A DNA stretch of 64,000 bases from Candidatus Poribacteria bacterium (GCA_965214095.1 OZ243938.1:640001-704000), one strand, 5' to 3'. Counted from the stretch's first letter, positions 1 to 10,940 are shown. The notes: a model not told the origin generated them from the sequence alone. Numbers and translations are program-made.

Positions 1-791
1 CCCTTGAAACTCTCATCATATACCCACTGACCCGATTTCTCAAAGTAACCATACTTAGCATTTACAGCCACAGGTGCAAGTCCTTCAGAAAACTCCCAGG
101 CTGTATCAAATCTCGGTTCAATGACTACGATCCCGGTTTTATCTGCATAACCGTATTTATGATCGATCTTAACACCGACCAACCCTTCAGAGAAATATGG
201 CGGATAAAATATTAACTCGGATTCAAGAACCATCTGACCGGTTTTATCAATAAAACCCCGTTTTCCCTCCTTTGTTTTTACATAGGCATAACCTTCAGAG
301 AAATCTGTAGTGTCTCCAAAGCGAAGTGGAATTACAACTGCCCCCGTTGTATCAATATAACCTTCATTGATCTTCTCTCCTTTCAATCCTACTCTTGCTA
401 ATCCCTCATAAAAGGATAAAAAGCATTCATAAAGAGGGACGAGTGTCCACTCACCGCCGGTGTTAATATAACCAACGGTCATTTCGGTTCTTACAAAAGC
501 TAAACCGTCTGAAAAGTGATCAGCAAATTTAAACGTCGGCGGTATGACCACAGTGCCAACTCTATTGATGTAGCCGTATTTACCATCTATAGAAACAGCA
601 GCTAATCCTTCACTGAACCAAGATGCCGTTTCAAATTGGAGGGGAATGACAAAATCACCTTGTTTGTCAATGAACCCAGATTTTCCATCAACTGCCACAG
701 ATGCTACACCTTCAGAAAATTCGTTGCAGCCATCAAACTGTGGAGGAATGACGAAACTACCCCCTTTGTCAATATAACCGTATTTTGACAT
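1..791 (-). CDS. WG (KWG Leptospira-type) repeat protein, 3' end runs off the window
   Basis: Manual translation from ATG at 791: MSKYGYIDKGGSFVIPPQFD..FSEGVASV..GFIDKQG..FSEGLAAV..YGYINRVG, with about 7 repeats of GYID..G..VI...F..A..FSEGLA. No stop in the window, so absent from the ORF track. Confidence 0.9.
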   Translation of the reverse strand, partial: MSKYGYIDKGGSFVIPPQFDGCNEFSEGVASVAVDGKSGFIDKQGDFVIPLQFETASWFSEGLAAVSIDGKYGYINRVGTVVIPPTFKFADHFSDGLAFVRTEMTVGYINTGGEWTLVPLYECFLSFYEGLARVGLKGEKINEGYIDTTGAVVIPLRFGDTTDFSEGYAYVKTKEGKRGFIDKTGQMVLESELIFYPPYFSEGLVGVKIDHKYGYADKTGIVVIEPRFDTAWEFSEGLAPVAVNAKYGYFEKSGQWVYDESFK

Positions 792-856
792 ACTCAAGGC
801 CTACTTGATTAGTAGTGTTGTTTTCTGTGGTGTATGTGTTCCACAGAAAACTTTCA

Positions 857-1996
857 CTAACGGAAGATGAATTGACACCCGGCAGTGAACTGTAATCGGT
901 TGATGAGTTGTATCCCTGTTAGATTTTGATACACCGGTATCTGAATCTCAAACGCTAAACGGTTCCGTTGAAGAGGCCCTCTTGTAGGGGTAGGGATCAT
1001 AAAATCAGTTGAAATAGCGATGTCAAGTTGCGTGCTGCCTTGGGAATCTATTTGATGGATTGGACTTATGCTTTGATTCAACTCAGGACCGCTGCTGCTG
1101 AATGCCGCTTTGTGTGAAAATAGAAGTCTCCCTCCAAACTGGAACCAATTGTTTACGCGTTGTGTGCTCCAAGCAGTCACGGTAAAAGTGTTGCCATGCC
1201 GATATTTGCGTGCATTTTGATGTAAGGGTAAGGAACTTATCAATTGACTACCATAACTCCAGTCCTCTTTTGTACCGAAAACCGTGATGGCCGGACGAAC
1301 TTCATAGGAACCACTACCGAGTTGCATCGGGTAAGGCAGTACCCGTCCATCATCTCCCGTTTTCGCGATACTCCCTGCTGGCAACGAAACACCGATGTTT
1401 CCGACGAGCGTAAGGTGATCTTTTTTCAATAACGTGAGTAACGTATCAAATTTGATATCACCAAAACCTTCGCTGTCTATATTATATATCCCAACAGGTT
1501 GTTTTTGATGGTCTCTTTGCTGATATGAACCTTCCATCTGCATGTACTGTTCATGATAATTCATTATCGCCATCAAAGTAATATGATCATGCGGGGCATA
1601 GGTAGTGCTGAATATCTGTGTTGATGTAATTATATAGTTTGGAGCAAACATATAATCTTTTAGCACATCTGCCGTTTCAATCGTTTCTGTGCCAGACTGC
1701 AATGCATGCAAACCTATCACCACACCTCGTTGGCTGAACACTACATCACCTGCTTTGTATCCGTGATCGGTTATTAAACCAATAGGTGCGTTTCCACCAA
1801 GACGAAGTGTTGAATTATCCGCGAAAGTGACAGACAACGTGAGTAGAAGAAGAGTAATACCGAGTGTTATTCCCAGAACTTTTGATTGCCAATTATACTT
1901 TTTGAATAACATTATAATCTCCACATTTATAGTAGAATTTACAATTGATGTAAGACATTGGTAGGCGCGCTTACTAAGCAAACCTGTGGATATCAA
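857..1996 (-). CDS. Putative outer-membrane beta-barrel transporter (phenol MetA degradation-like family); probable start near 1912
   Basis: Signal peptide; APIGLITDH, GFGDI, LPYPMQLGSGS motifs; alternating strands; aromatic C-terminus. Confidence 0.6.
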   Translation of the reverse strand: MISTGLLSKRAYQCLTSIVNSTINVEIIMLFKKYNWQSKVLGITLGITLLLLTLSVTFADNSTLRLGGNAPIGLITDHGYKAGDVVFSQRGVVIGLHALQSGTETIETADVLKDYMFAPNYIITSTQIFSTTYAPHDHITLMAIMNYHEQYMQMEGSYQQRDHQKQPVGIYNIDSEGFGDIKFDTLLTLLKKDHLTLVGNIGVSLPAGSIAKTGDDGRVLPYPMQLGSGSYEVRPAITVFGTKEDWSYGSQLISSLPLHQNARKYRHGNTFTVTAWSTQRVNNWFQFGGRLLFSHKAAFSSSGPELNQSISPIHQIDSQGSTQLDIAISTDFMIPTPTRGPLQRNRLAFEIQIPVYQNLTGIQLINRLQFTAGCQFIFR

Positions 1997-2054
1997 AATT
2001 TTCTTATATTCTATTACTACTATTTAAGACTTCAGTTACTCTATTTGTATGAGA

Positions 2055-2093
2055 AAACCAGTGCTTAAACTCTAATTGTCCAAGCACTGGTTT
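2055..2093. terminator. Intrinsic terminator-like hairpin downstream of the DUF1501 gene
   Basis: AAACCAGTGCTT ... AAGCACTGGTTT inverted repeat, followed by a T-run on the minus strand. Confidence 0.6.
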
Positions 2094-2109
2094 CAGTATT
2101 AGAACTAAT

Positions 2110-3558
2110 TTAGAATATGCCTGTAATCACTTCGCCTTTCACCAATTCCCGTGGTTGGTCTAAGTGATTCATCACAATAGTGTGCGGATCAATACCAAGT
2201 GTATGATAAATCGTAGCGAGGATATCGCGCGGATGCACAGGTTTTTCAAGTGGTGTTGAACCTGTTGCATCAGACTTACCATAAACCTGACCACCTTTGA
2301 CACCAGCACCTGCGATCAAACCGGTATAGCAATAGGGCCAATGGTCACGTCCATCAGGCGCGTTTCCATTACCAGATGTACTAATACCCATCCGTGGTGA
2401 TCGTCCAAATTCACCAATAGCGAGCACAAGCGTCTCTTCTAACATACCCTTCTGATCTAAATCTTCGAGCAGAGAAGAAACCGCACTATCTAACTTGGGA
2501 CAGTGTAGGTTTTTCAACGGACCAAAGTTGGCAGCATGCGTATCCCATGCAGTAGTATTTGGATTGCCGTTCGCTACTGAAGGCCAGTTCACCTGAACGA
2601 ATCGCGTACCTGCTTCTACCAAACGGCGTGCAAGCAGTGCACTCTGACCAAATGTATGTCGACCATACTTGTCACGTAGTACATCCGTTTCTTGAGACAA
2701 ATCAAACGCATTTCGTGCCTTCTGTGAAAGGATGAGATCATACGCCTTTTCATAATATTCGTTCAATGCATAAGAATCGGCGACCTTGTCAATCTCTGGC
2801 ATATTTGCGTTGATCGTTTCGAGTAGAGTTTTTCGACGCTGCAATCGCGCAGGTGGTATTTCGGGTCGGAGTGACAGATCATCCAACTTGATTTCTTGGT
2901 TCGGATCTTGGAAGAGAAAATACGGGTCATACGCTCTACCGAGGAACCCAGCATTTCCACCTTTACCAATGATACCACTCTCCTGCATCGGTCGTGGGAG
3001 TTGCACAGCTGCCAACATCGGTTCATCTGGTGGTTTGAACTTCGCAATATGTGCAGCAGCATTTGGATGGTCAGCAGGTGAGGGTGGGTCAAGCTGCCCC
3101 GAAGGCGCGACCTTGTCCGGTGTCTCTCCTGTAACCATCTGATACATCGCAGCAGTATGATTGAAAAGTCCCGCTGGCGTATAACTCACTGAACGAATCA
3201 GACATGCTTTATCCATCTGTTGCGCTAATTTCGGCATCGTTTCTGATAACTGAATGCCAGGTACATTTGTCGGAATAGGATTAAATTCACCCCGTATATT
3301 TGACGGAGCATCAGGTTTTGGATCCCAGATATCAATGTGACTCGGTCCACCTTGTAAGAATAGCAAAATGACAGAATTTGCTTTACCCCAACCGTTGAGA
3401 GGCGTCACGGGGGCAACTGTCGTGTTTGCCTTGGCTTGGAGTGACAATACTTGTGGTAGACTTATACCGAGCATCGCCGCGCCACCCACGCGGAGAAACT
3501 CTCTACGTGAGAACCCATCACATAATCTTCCGGGTGTTTGTGGTAACGATATCATCAA
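2110..3558 (-). CDS. DUF1501 family protein (Tat-exported)
   Basis: SRREFLR Tat motif; FLQGGPSHIDIWDPKP, WDTH, GEFGRSP, GRDHWP motifs. Confidence 0.92.
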   Translation of the reverse strand: MMISLPQTPGRLCDGFSRREFLRVGGAAMLGISLPQVLSLQAKANTTVAPVTPLNGWGKANSVILLFLQGGPSHIDIWDPKPDAPSNIRGEFNPIPTNVPGIQLSETMPKLAQQMDKACLIRSVSYTPAGLFNHTAAMYQMVTGETPDKVAPSGQLDPPSPADHPNAAAHIAKFKPPDEPMLAAVQLPRPMQESGIIGKGGNAGFLGRAYDPYFLFQDPNQEIKLDDLSLRPEIPPARLQRRKTLLETINANMPEIDKVADSYALNEYYEKAYDLILSQKARNAFDLSQETDVLRDKYGRHTFGQSALLARRLVEAGTRFVQVNWPSVANGNPNTTAWDTHAANFGPLKNLHCPKLDSAVSSLLEDLDQKGMLEETLVLAIGEFGRSPRMGISTSGNGNAPDGRDHWPYCYTGLIAGAGVKGGQVYGKSDATGSTPLEKPVHPRDILATIYHTLGIDPHTIVMNHLDQPRELVKGEVITGIF

Positions 3559-3621
3559 TTATTTCCTCCATTGTGTCGTGTGAGAACTATCTCTATTATA
3601 ACACACAAATCGGTTTAGGCA

Positions 3622-6111
3622 TTAACGATTGAATAAGAATGCAGGACTATTAATTAATGCCCACATCAAATCTTGTACGCCTTCCTCCTTAGATTTGGCA
3701 CTGGCAAGATGATCAATCGCAATCGTATATTCGTTCTCCATTGGTAACCGTGCAAATGTTGCAAGATACATCTCTTCAATGATGACACGATCATCATTGT
3801 TTTCTTTGAGGAGTTTTGCAATTCGTCCGTTAGGATCAATAATAGCATTCGCAACGGTTGGTCCGTTGATTAGGTTCATCGCATGAGCGAGGCTTACTTC
3901 AGTTGTTCTTTCACATTCACAAGAACTCTCACGTTCCGGACGACCAAACAATTTCAAAAATCCATCGTCCTTTACTTTACTATCGGGTAATTGAACAGCA
4001 CGGAACTCTTTTGGAACACCTTGAAACTTCGGTTGACTGCCAGTAGCAACACCTATGGCATCTAACAACTGTTCTGCTGTCAACCTTCTGGCAATTCCGT
4101 GTGAAAAATTAATCGTGTCTTCTTTATTCCATTCGTTCGTCTTGATACTCTGTTGATATGTTCGAGAACGGACAATCGTTTTCATGATATGCTTAATATC
4201 AAATCCGCTTTCAACAAAATCCTTCGTTAGGGCATCAAGAAGTTCAGGATTGCTGGGTGGGTTACTTGTCCGAATATCATCAACAGGTTCAATGATACCA
4301 CGTCCCATAAAGTAACTCCATATACGGTTTACACCAGCTCTCGCAAACATCGGATTTTCAGTTGAGGTTAACCATTCTGCTAAAGATTCACGTTTATTAG
4401 TGATTTCTTTCTTTGTTTCACCAAATGGAACAGACGGTGGCACAACCGCTAAGGTTCTCGGATGTTGAACCGGCGTAGGATTGAAACTGGCATAGACAAC
4501 TTCTTCACCCGGTAATCGTCCATTTTTGACCTTAACATCTGAGAAAAATGCACCGAATTCATAGTATTGATTCTGTGTCCATACCTCAAATGGATGGTCA
4601 TGGCATTTATTACAGGAGAACCGAACCCCAAGAAATAGCTGCGTTGTATTCTCAACTGCTGCAGTATATTCACGTGAAACACGGAAATAATTCGCCGCCG
4701 GGTTCTGATAAGCACTACCAGTAGCAGTAATCAAATCATGAACAAATTTGTCGTAAGGACGGTTTTCTGCAATTGACTCATGTATCCACTGTTGGAAAAG
4801 CCACATACCGCGTTCACCAAGGAATTTTCGGTTTGATTGCAGCAAATCACCCCATTTATGTGTCCAATGATCAACATATTCTGAGGTATCTACCAACTCA
4901 TCAATCAGTTTTTCACGTTTCTCCTTAGTGGGTGTTTTATCGGCAAGGAAACTTCGCACCTTATCAGGTGAAGGTGGCAGTCCGGTCATATCAAAATAAA
5001 TCCTACGTACAAACTCTTCATCTGTACAAAGTTCAGACGGTAGGATTTTCAACCTTTTCAGTTTGTTGTGGACATGTGTATCTATATAGTTGTAAACAGG
5101 TGTCTCAACCCATTCGTATCCACTCCGATCCCCCATCACGATGATGCCATTCGTACTATACGCACCTTCATAACGAGTAAGGATTGCAGTCTCTCCACGA
5201 CGTTCTGCTGTAACAACTCCATCGTCAGTTACCTTAGCAACGTCATTCATGCTGCTGGTGAATTTCGCTTCACGAGTGACATCACGTGTTGTGCCATCTG
5301 GATAGTGAGCAATAACTATTAATTGCTGCTTTGTCCCTGGCATAGACAACTCTGCTGAATCCGGAAATACCTCTAAACGTTCAACACGTTGGGTTTTTTC
5401 AACATCCGATACGACACCTTCACTAATCCATTGATGAATCAGATTGTAGTCACGCGATTCTGGAACGATGACCTGTCCACCCTTGTGTGGAACTTCCGAT
5501 GTCGGTTTCAGCAACATCAAACTCTGCTCTGGAAACGCACGATTGAAACGTCTACCTGATATATCCTCAATCAACAATTCGTAGTCGAAATCAGGATCGT
5601 AACCACGTAGAGAGAGTTTGAAGCCGTTTTTCCCTTTTGCACCACCATGACACGTGCCGTTATTACAACCCGCATGACTCAAGATCGGCATGACATCTCT
5701 AACAAAACTTACAGGTGGGGCATCAACACTTTTCACAGTCACAGGTAATTCGGTTGTCATACCATTAACTGTTACAACTATCTTTGTATTGCCAACTGCT
5801 GCAGGAAAGATATATCCATCTTCATGTAATTTTACACCATCTGAGGCAGGTTTTAGTACTGCCCACGTTGTTACATCAACCCATTTTCCATCTTTCGTTT
5901 GTCCCGAAACAAGCACACGACGACCATCTCGCGCATGCTCAAGCATCAGAGACTCTGGGTGAGTTTTCAACGCTTTTATATCAGGAACTTCTACACTCGG
6001 TGTTGTCTCCTCCATCTGACCCCATGTTGATTGTTGTAAAATCATACAACACGAGAGAACAACAAGAAGGGCAACAACCAAGTTTAAATTGAGTTTCACA
6101 TTAACCTCCAA
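3622..6111 (-). CDS. DUF1549/DUF1553 (PSD1) protein with Ig-like domains
   Basis: GCNNGTCHG, LFLGVRFSCNKCHDHPF, NPPSNPELLDAL, RRLTAEQLLD, FGRPERESSCECER motifs. Confidence 0.92.
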   Translation of the reverse strand: MEVNVKLNLNLVVALLVVLSCCMILQQSTWGQMEETTPSVEVPDIKALKTHPESLMLEHARDGRRVLVSGQTKDGKWVDVTTWAVLKPASDGVKLHEDGYIFPAAVGNTKIVVTVNGMTTELPVTVKSVDAPPVSFVRDVMPILSHAGCNNGTCHGGAKGKNGFKLSLRGYDPDFDYELLIEDISGRRFNRAFPEQSLMLLKPTSEVPHKGGQVIVPESRDYNLIHQWISEGVVSDVEKTQRVERLEVFPDSAELSMPGTKQQLIVIAHYPDGTTRDVTREAKFTSSMNDVAKVTDDGVVTAERRGETAILTRYEGAYSTNGIIVMGDRSGYEWVETPVYNYIDTHVHNKLKRLKILPSELCTDEEFVRRIYFDMTGLPPSPDKVRSFLADKTPTKEKREKLIDELVDTSEYVDHWTHKWGDLLQSNRKFLGERGMWLFQQWIHESIAENRPYDKFVHDLITATGSAYQNPAANYFRVSREYTAAVENTTQLFLGVRFSCNKCHDHPFEVWTQNQYYEFGAFFSDVKVKNGRLPGEEVVYASFNPTPVQHPRTLAVVPPSVPFGETKKEITNKRESLAEWLTSTENPMFARAGVNRIWSYFMGRGIIEPVDDIRTSNPPSNPELLDALTKDFVESGFDIKHIMKTIVRSRTYQQSIKTNEWNKEDTINFSHGIARRLTAEQLLDAIGVATGSQPKFQGVPKEFRAVQLPDSKVKDDGFLKLFGRPERESSCECERTTEVSLAHAMNLINGPTVANAIIDPNGRIAKLLKENNDDRVIIEEMYLATFARLPMENEYTIAIDHLASAKSKEEGVQDLMWALINSPAFLFNR

Positions 6112-6180
6112 AGTGTGACATGAAACTGATTCTCACGGTAGAACCGTCTTTTTTACTATTATACCAATTTTTTTGACTTT

Positions 6181-6999
6181 TTACCTCTGATTCTTCAAAT
6201 CTCCCCAAACTACGGGCAATTTCCCGCGAGAGGATACATCTAAATATGCTGATTCACTTGCTAACCAATTAATTATATTTTCTGTGACTTGTTCTAAGTT
6301 ATCAATACTCTGATTATTCTTATGATAGTTTGGTAGTCGCCAATTCAAGTTAAAGACTTTACCGTCTCCTGCTTCCCAATACCCAAAGGCAGCAATTCTG
6401 TCAGCATAATCAGTTCCACCTTCCCAAGCATGAGCAAGGGTGGTAAAATTCTTAGCAAGACTGTCAAAATAATCCCCGCTCAGTGGATAACCCGTAGAAT
6501 TTAATTGAATCCAATCATTAAGTTTTGGAGCATCCCCATCAACGTTTTCCAGACCATCGATTAGACCAAGGTCTATTGTCTCTTGCAAAACAATTATTCC
6601 AACTTTACTGCCGTCGTCAACAACGGGGTCAAATAAGCGCGGTTGTGCAGCCTCAAGTCCCATGGGTGTGACATAACTAAATGCCCTACCCGTAAAGAGC
6701 AAAGCACCACCACTTTCGGCATAATCTAAAAGCGCATCAATTTCTGCATTGGACAACTCACCAGGATCGGTATCACCTTCATGCCACCACACAACGCCAT
6801 AATTCTTCAAAGTTGCACTCTTAATGTCGTTTTTTCCTAATTCTGTTGTGCTAAATGAATCTTTAGCAAATTCCAACGCAGGTTTCGTAAAATCTCCATT
6901 ATCTCCAAGATAAAGAAATCCTACCTCTAATGCTGCGTTTACCACATTTAAACCACATATTAGCATTAATGTCAAGTAAATGATAATTTTTTTATGCAT
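6181..6999 (-). CDS. Secreted hypothetical protein with C-terminal V..GKL...WG.LK motif
   Basis: Signal peptide; C-terminus DVSSRGKLPVVWGDLKNQR. Confidence 0.7.
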   Translation of the reverse strand: MHKKIIIYLTLMLICGLNVVNAALEVGFLYLGDNGDFTKPALEFAKDSFSTTELGKNDIKSATLKNYGVVWWHEGDTDPGELSNAEIDALLDYAESGGALLFTGRAFSYVTPMGLEAAQPRLFDPVVDDGSKVGIIVLQETIDLGLIDGLENVDGDAPKLNDWIQLNSTGYPLSGDYFDSLAKNFTTLAHAWEGGTDYADRIAAFGYWEAGDGKVFNLNWRLPNYHKNNQSIDNLEQVTENIINWLASESAYLDVSSRGKLPVVWGDLKNQR

Positions 7000-7087
7000 T
7001 CTTTCCTCCGATTTTAAGGGTAAAGTAAATCTATCAACATTATAACGCTTTACAAAATATGTGCAACTAAATTATGAATATAACAAA

Positions 7088-8539
7088 TCACATAGGACCA
7101 ACGCGTTCAGGCCCCCTATCCATAGCAAACATTGAGGCATCAAAACTTCTTTTCAATAAATCATATTTTATATCTTGTTTCTCTTGCAATTCCCAGAGAT
7201 TATTGAACTCATCCGCATCCTCAACTAAATCGTAGAGTTCACCCGCTTCATGTCCGTGGTATACTACTAACTTATAACGTTTATCTCGGTACATTGTTGC
7301 GTAGGAATGATCCCGGCTATCCAATGCATCATAGTATTCACAACGTACAAAGTCACGATGATGATTAGCATCCGATTCACCTTTGAGAACTGATAACAAT
7401 GATCGTCCATGCATCTCATCTGGAACAGACAATCCTGCCAATTCCAACAGTGTTGGCACTTTGTCAACAAGTTCAACAAGGGCATCACTTTTCAAACCAC
7501 TCTCAAAATTATCTGGATAGGAGAAAATCAATGGTACTCTGACCAAACCTTCATAAAAACGACATCCTTTTTGAATAAGACCGTGATCCCCTAACATCTC
7601 ACCATGATCACTTGTGAATATGATTACAGTGTTTTCTCGTTGTCCTGTTTCGTCAAGTACATCCAACATTCGTCCTAACTGATCATCAATCAGTTTAATC
7701 ATCGCATAATATGCTGCAATAAACGTCTTGGCATCTCTTTTACCAACTGTGCCGTCACGTTTCGTCCCTGGTGATCGAGGTAGTATTGGATTACGAATGT
7801 CAAGTTCATCTGGTGTTCTGACTTTTGATTGGAAATCTATTTTTTCCAATCTTTGCTGTTGTTCTAAATCACTCTCTTTGAATAGCGGTTCAGGCATCTC
7901 ATCAGAATTAAACTGTTCGCGGTATGTCTGTGGTGGATTGAATGGTGGATGTGGGTCATATATGTTAACACTCGCAAGCCAAGGACCATCACGTTCCTCC
8001 CGGATAAAATCTATCGTTTTTTCCGCACACCAAGTTGTTTGGTGTAATTCTGCAGGAACACCTTCAGGGTTCTTGGTTAACTCCCCAAGAATATACCCTT
8101 TTGAACGAACCCAATCGGCATAATCGTGACCTTCTTTCCAATCATCTCGTGGGGCATGACTGTATTGCCAATAACGGTAACCATCGTTCGCCCGCGGTTC
8201 TATTCTACCATAAGCACTCGCAAGATGTAATTTTCCTATCAGTCCACAATCGTAACCTATGTCTGCAAGTGTACGCGTAATCAGAGGATATGTCTCAGGA
8301 TAATAAGCGTTCCCATTGCCATTAACATGCGTTGCACTCGGATACATCCCTGTCAAGAAACTGGAACGACTCGGTGTACATATCGGACTTTGACAATAGG
8401 CATGTGTAAAGGCTACACCCTCTGCAACTAAACTATCTATATTCGGTGTTGAGACATAAGGATTGCCTAATGCACCTATAGTATCGTAACGTTGTTGGTC
8501 TGTGCAAATCCAAAGGATATTTGGCTTTTCAATAGGCAT
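7088..8539 (-). CDS. Formylglycine-dependent sulfatase (S1 family)
   Basis: PNILWICTDQ, CTPSRSSFLTG, GKLHL, DPHPP, SDHG motifs. Confidence 0.93.
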   Translation of the reverse strand: MPIEKPNILWICTDQQRYDTIGALGNPYVSTPNIDSLVAEGVAFTHAYCQSPICTPSRSSFLTGMYPSATHVNGNGNAYYPETYPLITRTLADIGYDCGLIGKLHLASAYGRIEPRANDGYRYWQYSHAPRDDWKEGHDYADWVRSKGYILGELTKNPEGVPAELHQTTWCAEKTIDFIREERDGPWLASVNIYDPHPPFNPPQTYREQFNSDEMPEPLFKESDLEQQQRLEKIDFQSKVRTPDELDIRNPILPRSPGTKRDGTVGKRDAKTFIAAYYAMIKLIDDQLGRMLDVLDETGQRENTVIIFTSDHGEMLGDHGLIQKGCRFYEGLVRVPLIFSYPDNFESGLKSDALVELVDKVPTLLELAGLSVPDEMHGRSLLSVLKGESDANHHRDFVRCEYYDALDSRDHSYATMYRDKRYKLVVYHGHEAGELYDLVEDADEFNNLWELQEKQDIKYDLLKRSFDASMFAMDRGPERVGPM

Positions 8540-8549
8540 CTATGTACGT

Positions 8550-10145
8550 CTACTTTGCGGTAGCAGTAAAACCCACTGTTTTAACGACATCTGTGAGTTC
8601 GTCAACTTTTGTTGTGTTCTTACGAACCTTAATAACTGCTTGATCAGGGAGAGAAACTTCGGCACTAATAACGTTCTGATGTTTTGTAAGTGCATCCTGC
8701 ACTTTTGCTACACACGCACTTCATGTCATACCCGATACTGTCAATACCACCTCTTCGCTGGCAGTTGTTTCTATTGGCACGGACATAAACATTTTCAGTT
8801 GACTACCTGAGTTTGCATCAAAGATACGAATTTTGCCATCAAAACCGCCTGCAGCAAGTTGTGTGCCATCTGGATGAAAAGCAAGTGCAAAAACTGATAC
8901 GGTATCACCTTGCATTGATGCCAACCGTTTCCCATCTGCTACATTGTATATACGTGCTTCTCCAGAAGAACTACCCGTAGCAAATTTGCTTCCATCTGCA
9001 GAAAAGGCAACAGACTTAATTGCCCCAGACTGCGCTTCGTAAGCACGAATGAGATTGAAGTCTGTGTTACCAACATCTCTACGAGTTTGACGGAACATTC
9101 TATAAAGTCTTGGAATTCGGTCTTCTCCTACACTTAACACCTGGTCTTCATTAGGATGCCGTGCAATTGCGTTGATTTCTCCGTAACCTTTGTTACTTGA
9201 ATTTACATCGTCTACAAAAGAACCTGTATCAACTTCAACCAATTTCAGGGCAGTATCACGACTACAACTTACAAAATGCGATCCATCAGTAGAAAATACA
9301 GTACCGAACACCCAATCACCATGATTGTCAAATTTAACAAGTTCCTTCTCGTCCGCTACAGAGATTACACGCACAGTCTTATCAGAAGAACCTATAGCAA
9401 CACGGGACACATCTGGTGAAAATGAGAGTCCATAAATTGTGTCATAAGTTGAACGGATTGCTTTGTTAAGTGTGTTCGTTGCAGTATCCCAAAGCTGTAT
9501 TTCTCCAAATTGTGCAGGAGAACCGCCAGCAACCCCAAGTGTTTTACCGCCATCCGCATAGACAATTGATGTTATGCGACGGGCTTTTCCAACATATCGC
9601 GCTTTGATCTCAAAGGTCTTGGAATCATACAATAAGACTTCATTAACACCTGACACAGCGAGTGTCGTTCCATCAGGTGAAAAAGCAAGTGCTGAAACAA
9701 CTGGTGGCACTGTGTATACAGGAAGTTCGCCATCCATTGCATCTGCATTCTCTGGAGTATCATCCTTCGCTCCCTCAAGAATCCATCGTCTGAATAAATC
9801 TATCTCTTCTTTGGTGAGTGGGTCTTGATTCTGTGGCATAGCAGGTGGATCCCCAGAAATAAGTTCAATGAGTAAACTTTCATCCGGTTTGCCTACAATG
9901 ATGGCTTCTCCTGCCATTCCACCCCGTTTGAGCTCAGCATAAGTCGTTACTATCAAATCTGCATTTGGATCACCAGGGTGATGACAACCTTGGCAGCTAC
10001 GTTTTAGGATCGGTACAATCTGTGTATGGTAACTAACCGGTTTCTCTTTATCGTGACCGTCTGCCATAACGGAAGGATTCCAAAGTAAAAAACTGATTAA
10101 AATTAGACCAAAATAAGATATAAACTTCATACTTGATATACTCAT
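8550..10145 (-). CDS. Planctomycete-type cytochrome c + WD40 propeller + C-terminal HMA domain with probable selenocysteine (UGA at 8721-8723)
   Basis: CQGCH heme motif and WD40 repeats. The frame continues past TGA as GMT*SACVAKVQDAL...GFTATAK to TAG at 8550-8552. GGGAG RBS precedes ATG 10145. Confidence 0.85.
8688..8704 (-). promoter_or_regulatory. Putative bacterial SECIS hairpin
   Basis: mRNA AAGUGCA-GGA-UGCACUU forms a perfect 7-bp stem; the loop starts 23 nt after the UGA and begins with G. Confidence 0.7.
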
Positions 10146-10258
10146 TTTTGTATCACTCCCTAAGATCACACAATCTGCAACATTTGAGATTATTAACACA
10201 ACTTTGCGGTAATTATACAACAATTCCAACTTATAATTCAAGAAAAAGTGATTCAGGG

Positions 10259-10478
10259 CAGGGTTATTTAGTTATAGGTTTATCTTGTGTTTTTTTCACA
10301 AATGCTAAATGCCTCAAGCTGGTAGGTGCGGTTTCCTAACCGCACCGAATTTGTGCGAAAACCTTTCATAGTCATTATTCTTGTAGGTTCCAGTGCGGTT
10401 AGGAAACCGCACCTACCGGCCTGGGATTAACTTTCAGTAATCTCTATTTTGGAAAATACCGAAAACTAAATAACCCTG
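10259..10478. mobile_element. MITE, CAGGGTTATTTAG-type TIR, carrying an inverted REP pair
   Basis: TIRs CAGGGTTATTTAGTT/AACTAAATAACCCTG; 9-bp direct repeat GATTCAGGG at 10250-10258 and 10479-10487; GTAGGTGCGGTTTCCTAACCGCAC at 10322 and inverted copy ending 10416. Confidence 0.85.
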
Positions 10479-10486
10479 GATTCAGG

Positions 10487-10551
10487 GGGTGTGTAAAGTT
10501 CTTGGCACTACAATGGTGACTGGGATATTTTGCCAAAAACTTTACACACCC
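10487..10551. mobile_element. 65-bp MITE with GGGTGTGTAAAGTT TIRs
   Basis: GGGTGTGTAAAGTT...AACTTTACACACCC; flanks GATTCAGG/GATTCAGA. Confidence 0.7.
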
Positions 10552-10590
10552 GATTCAGATCAAATAACAAATATTTGGAAGATAATAATT

Positions 10591-10923
10591 TAGGGTTATT
10601 TATAGTAAAATCTGAAATTAACAATACACTTTACATTTAGAAAAACGCGTTTGTAGTCGCGCAATTCATTGCGCCTCTTACATTGTATGAATATGCAATT
10701 GGGACAATATGTTTCATTAATTGTCCGTTTTACTATAGTTTTCGGTTTTTCTGCTATATTTTTCACATTTCAATATAACAGCCTGTAGGTCGGGTAGAGG
10801 CACGAAACCCGACTTTATTGATGATAAATGGTTACATGTCGGGTTTCGTGCCTCTACCCGACCTACGATATAAACTCTTAGTAACATTCATCAATTGAAA
10901 ATTATTAAAACTAAATAACCCTG
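10591..10923. mobile_element. MITE (CAGGG-type) with REP pair, left TIR interrupted by a second MITE
   Basis: 9-bp direct repeat ATAATAATT at 10582-10590 and 10924-10932; GTAGGTCGGGTAGAGGCACGAAACCCGAC at 10785-10813 and exact inverted copy at 10838-10866. Confidence 0.85.
10603..10735. mobile_element. TA-flanked MITE (TAGTAAAA TIR) with GTAGTCGCGCAATTCATTGCGC REP
   Basis: TA|TAGTAAAA...TTTTACTA|TA; removing it restores AGGGTTATTTAGTTTTCGG. Confidence 0.8.
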
Positions 10924-10940
10924 ATAATAATTTGTGTAAC

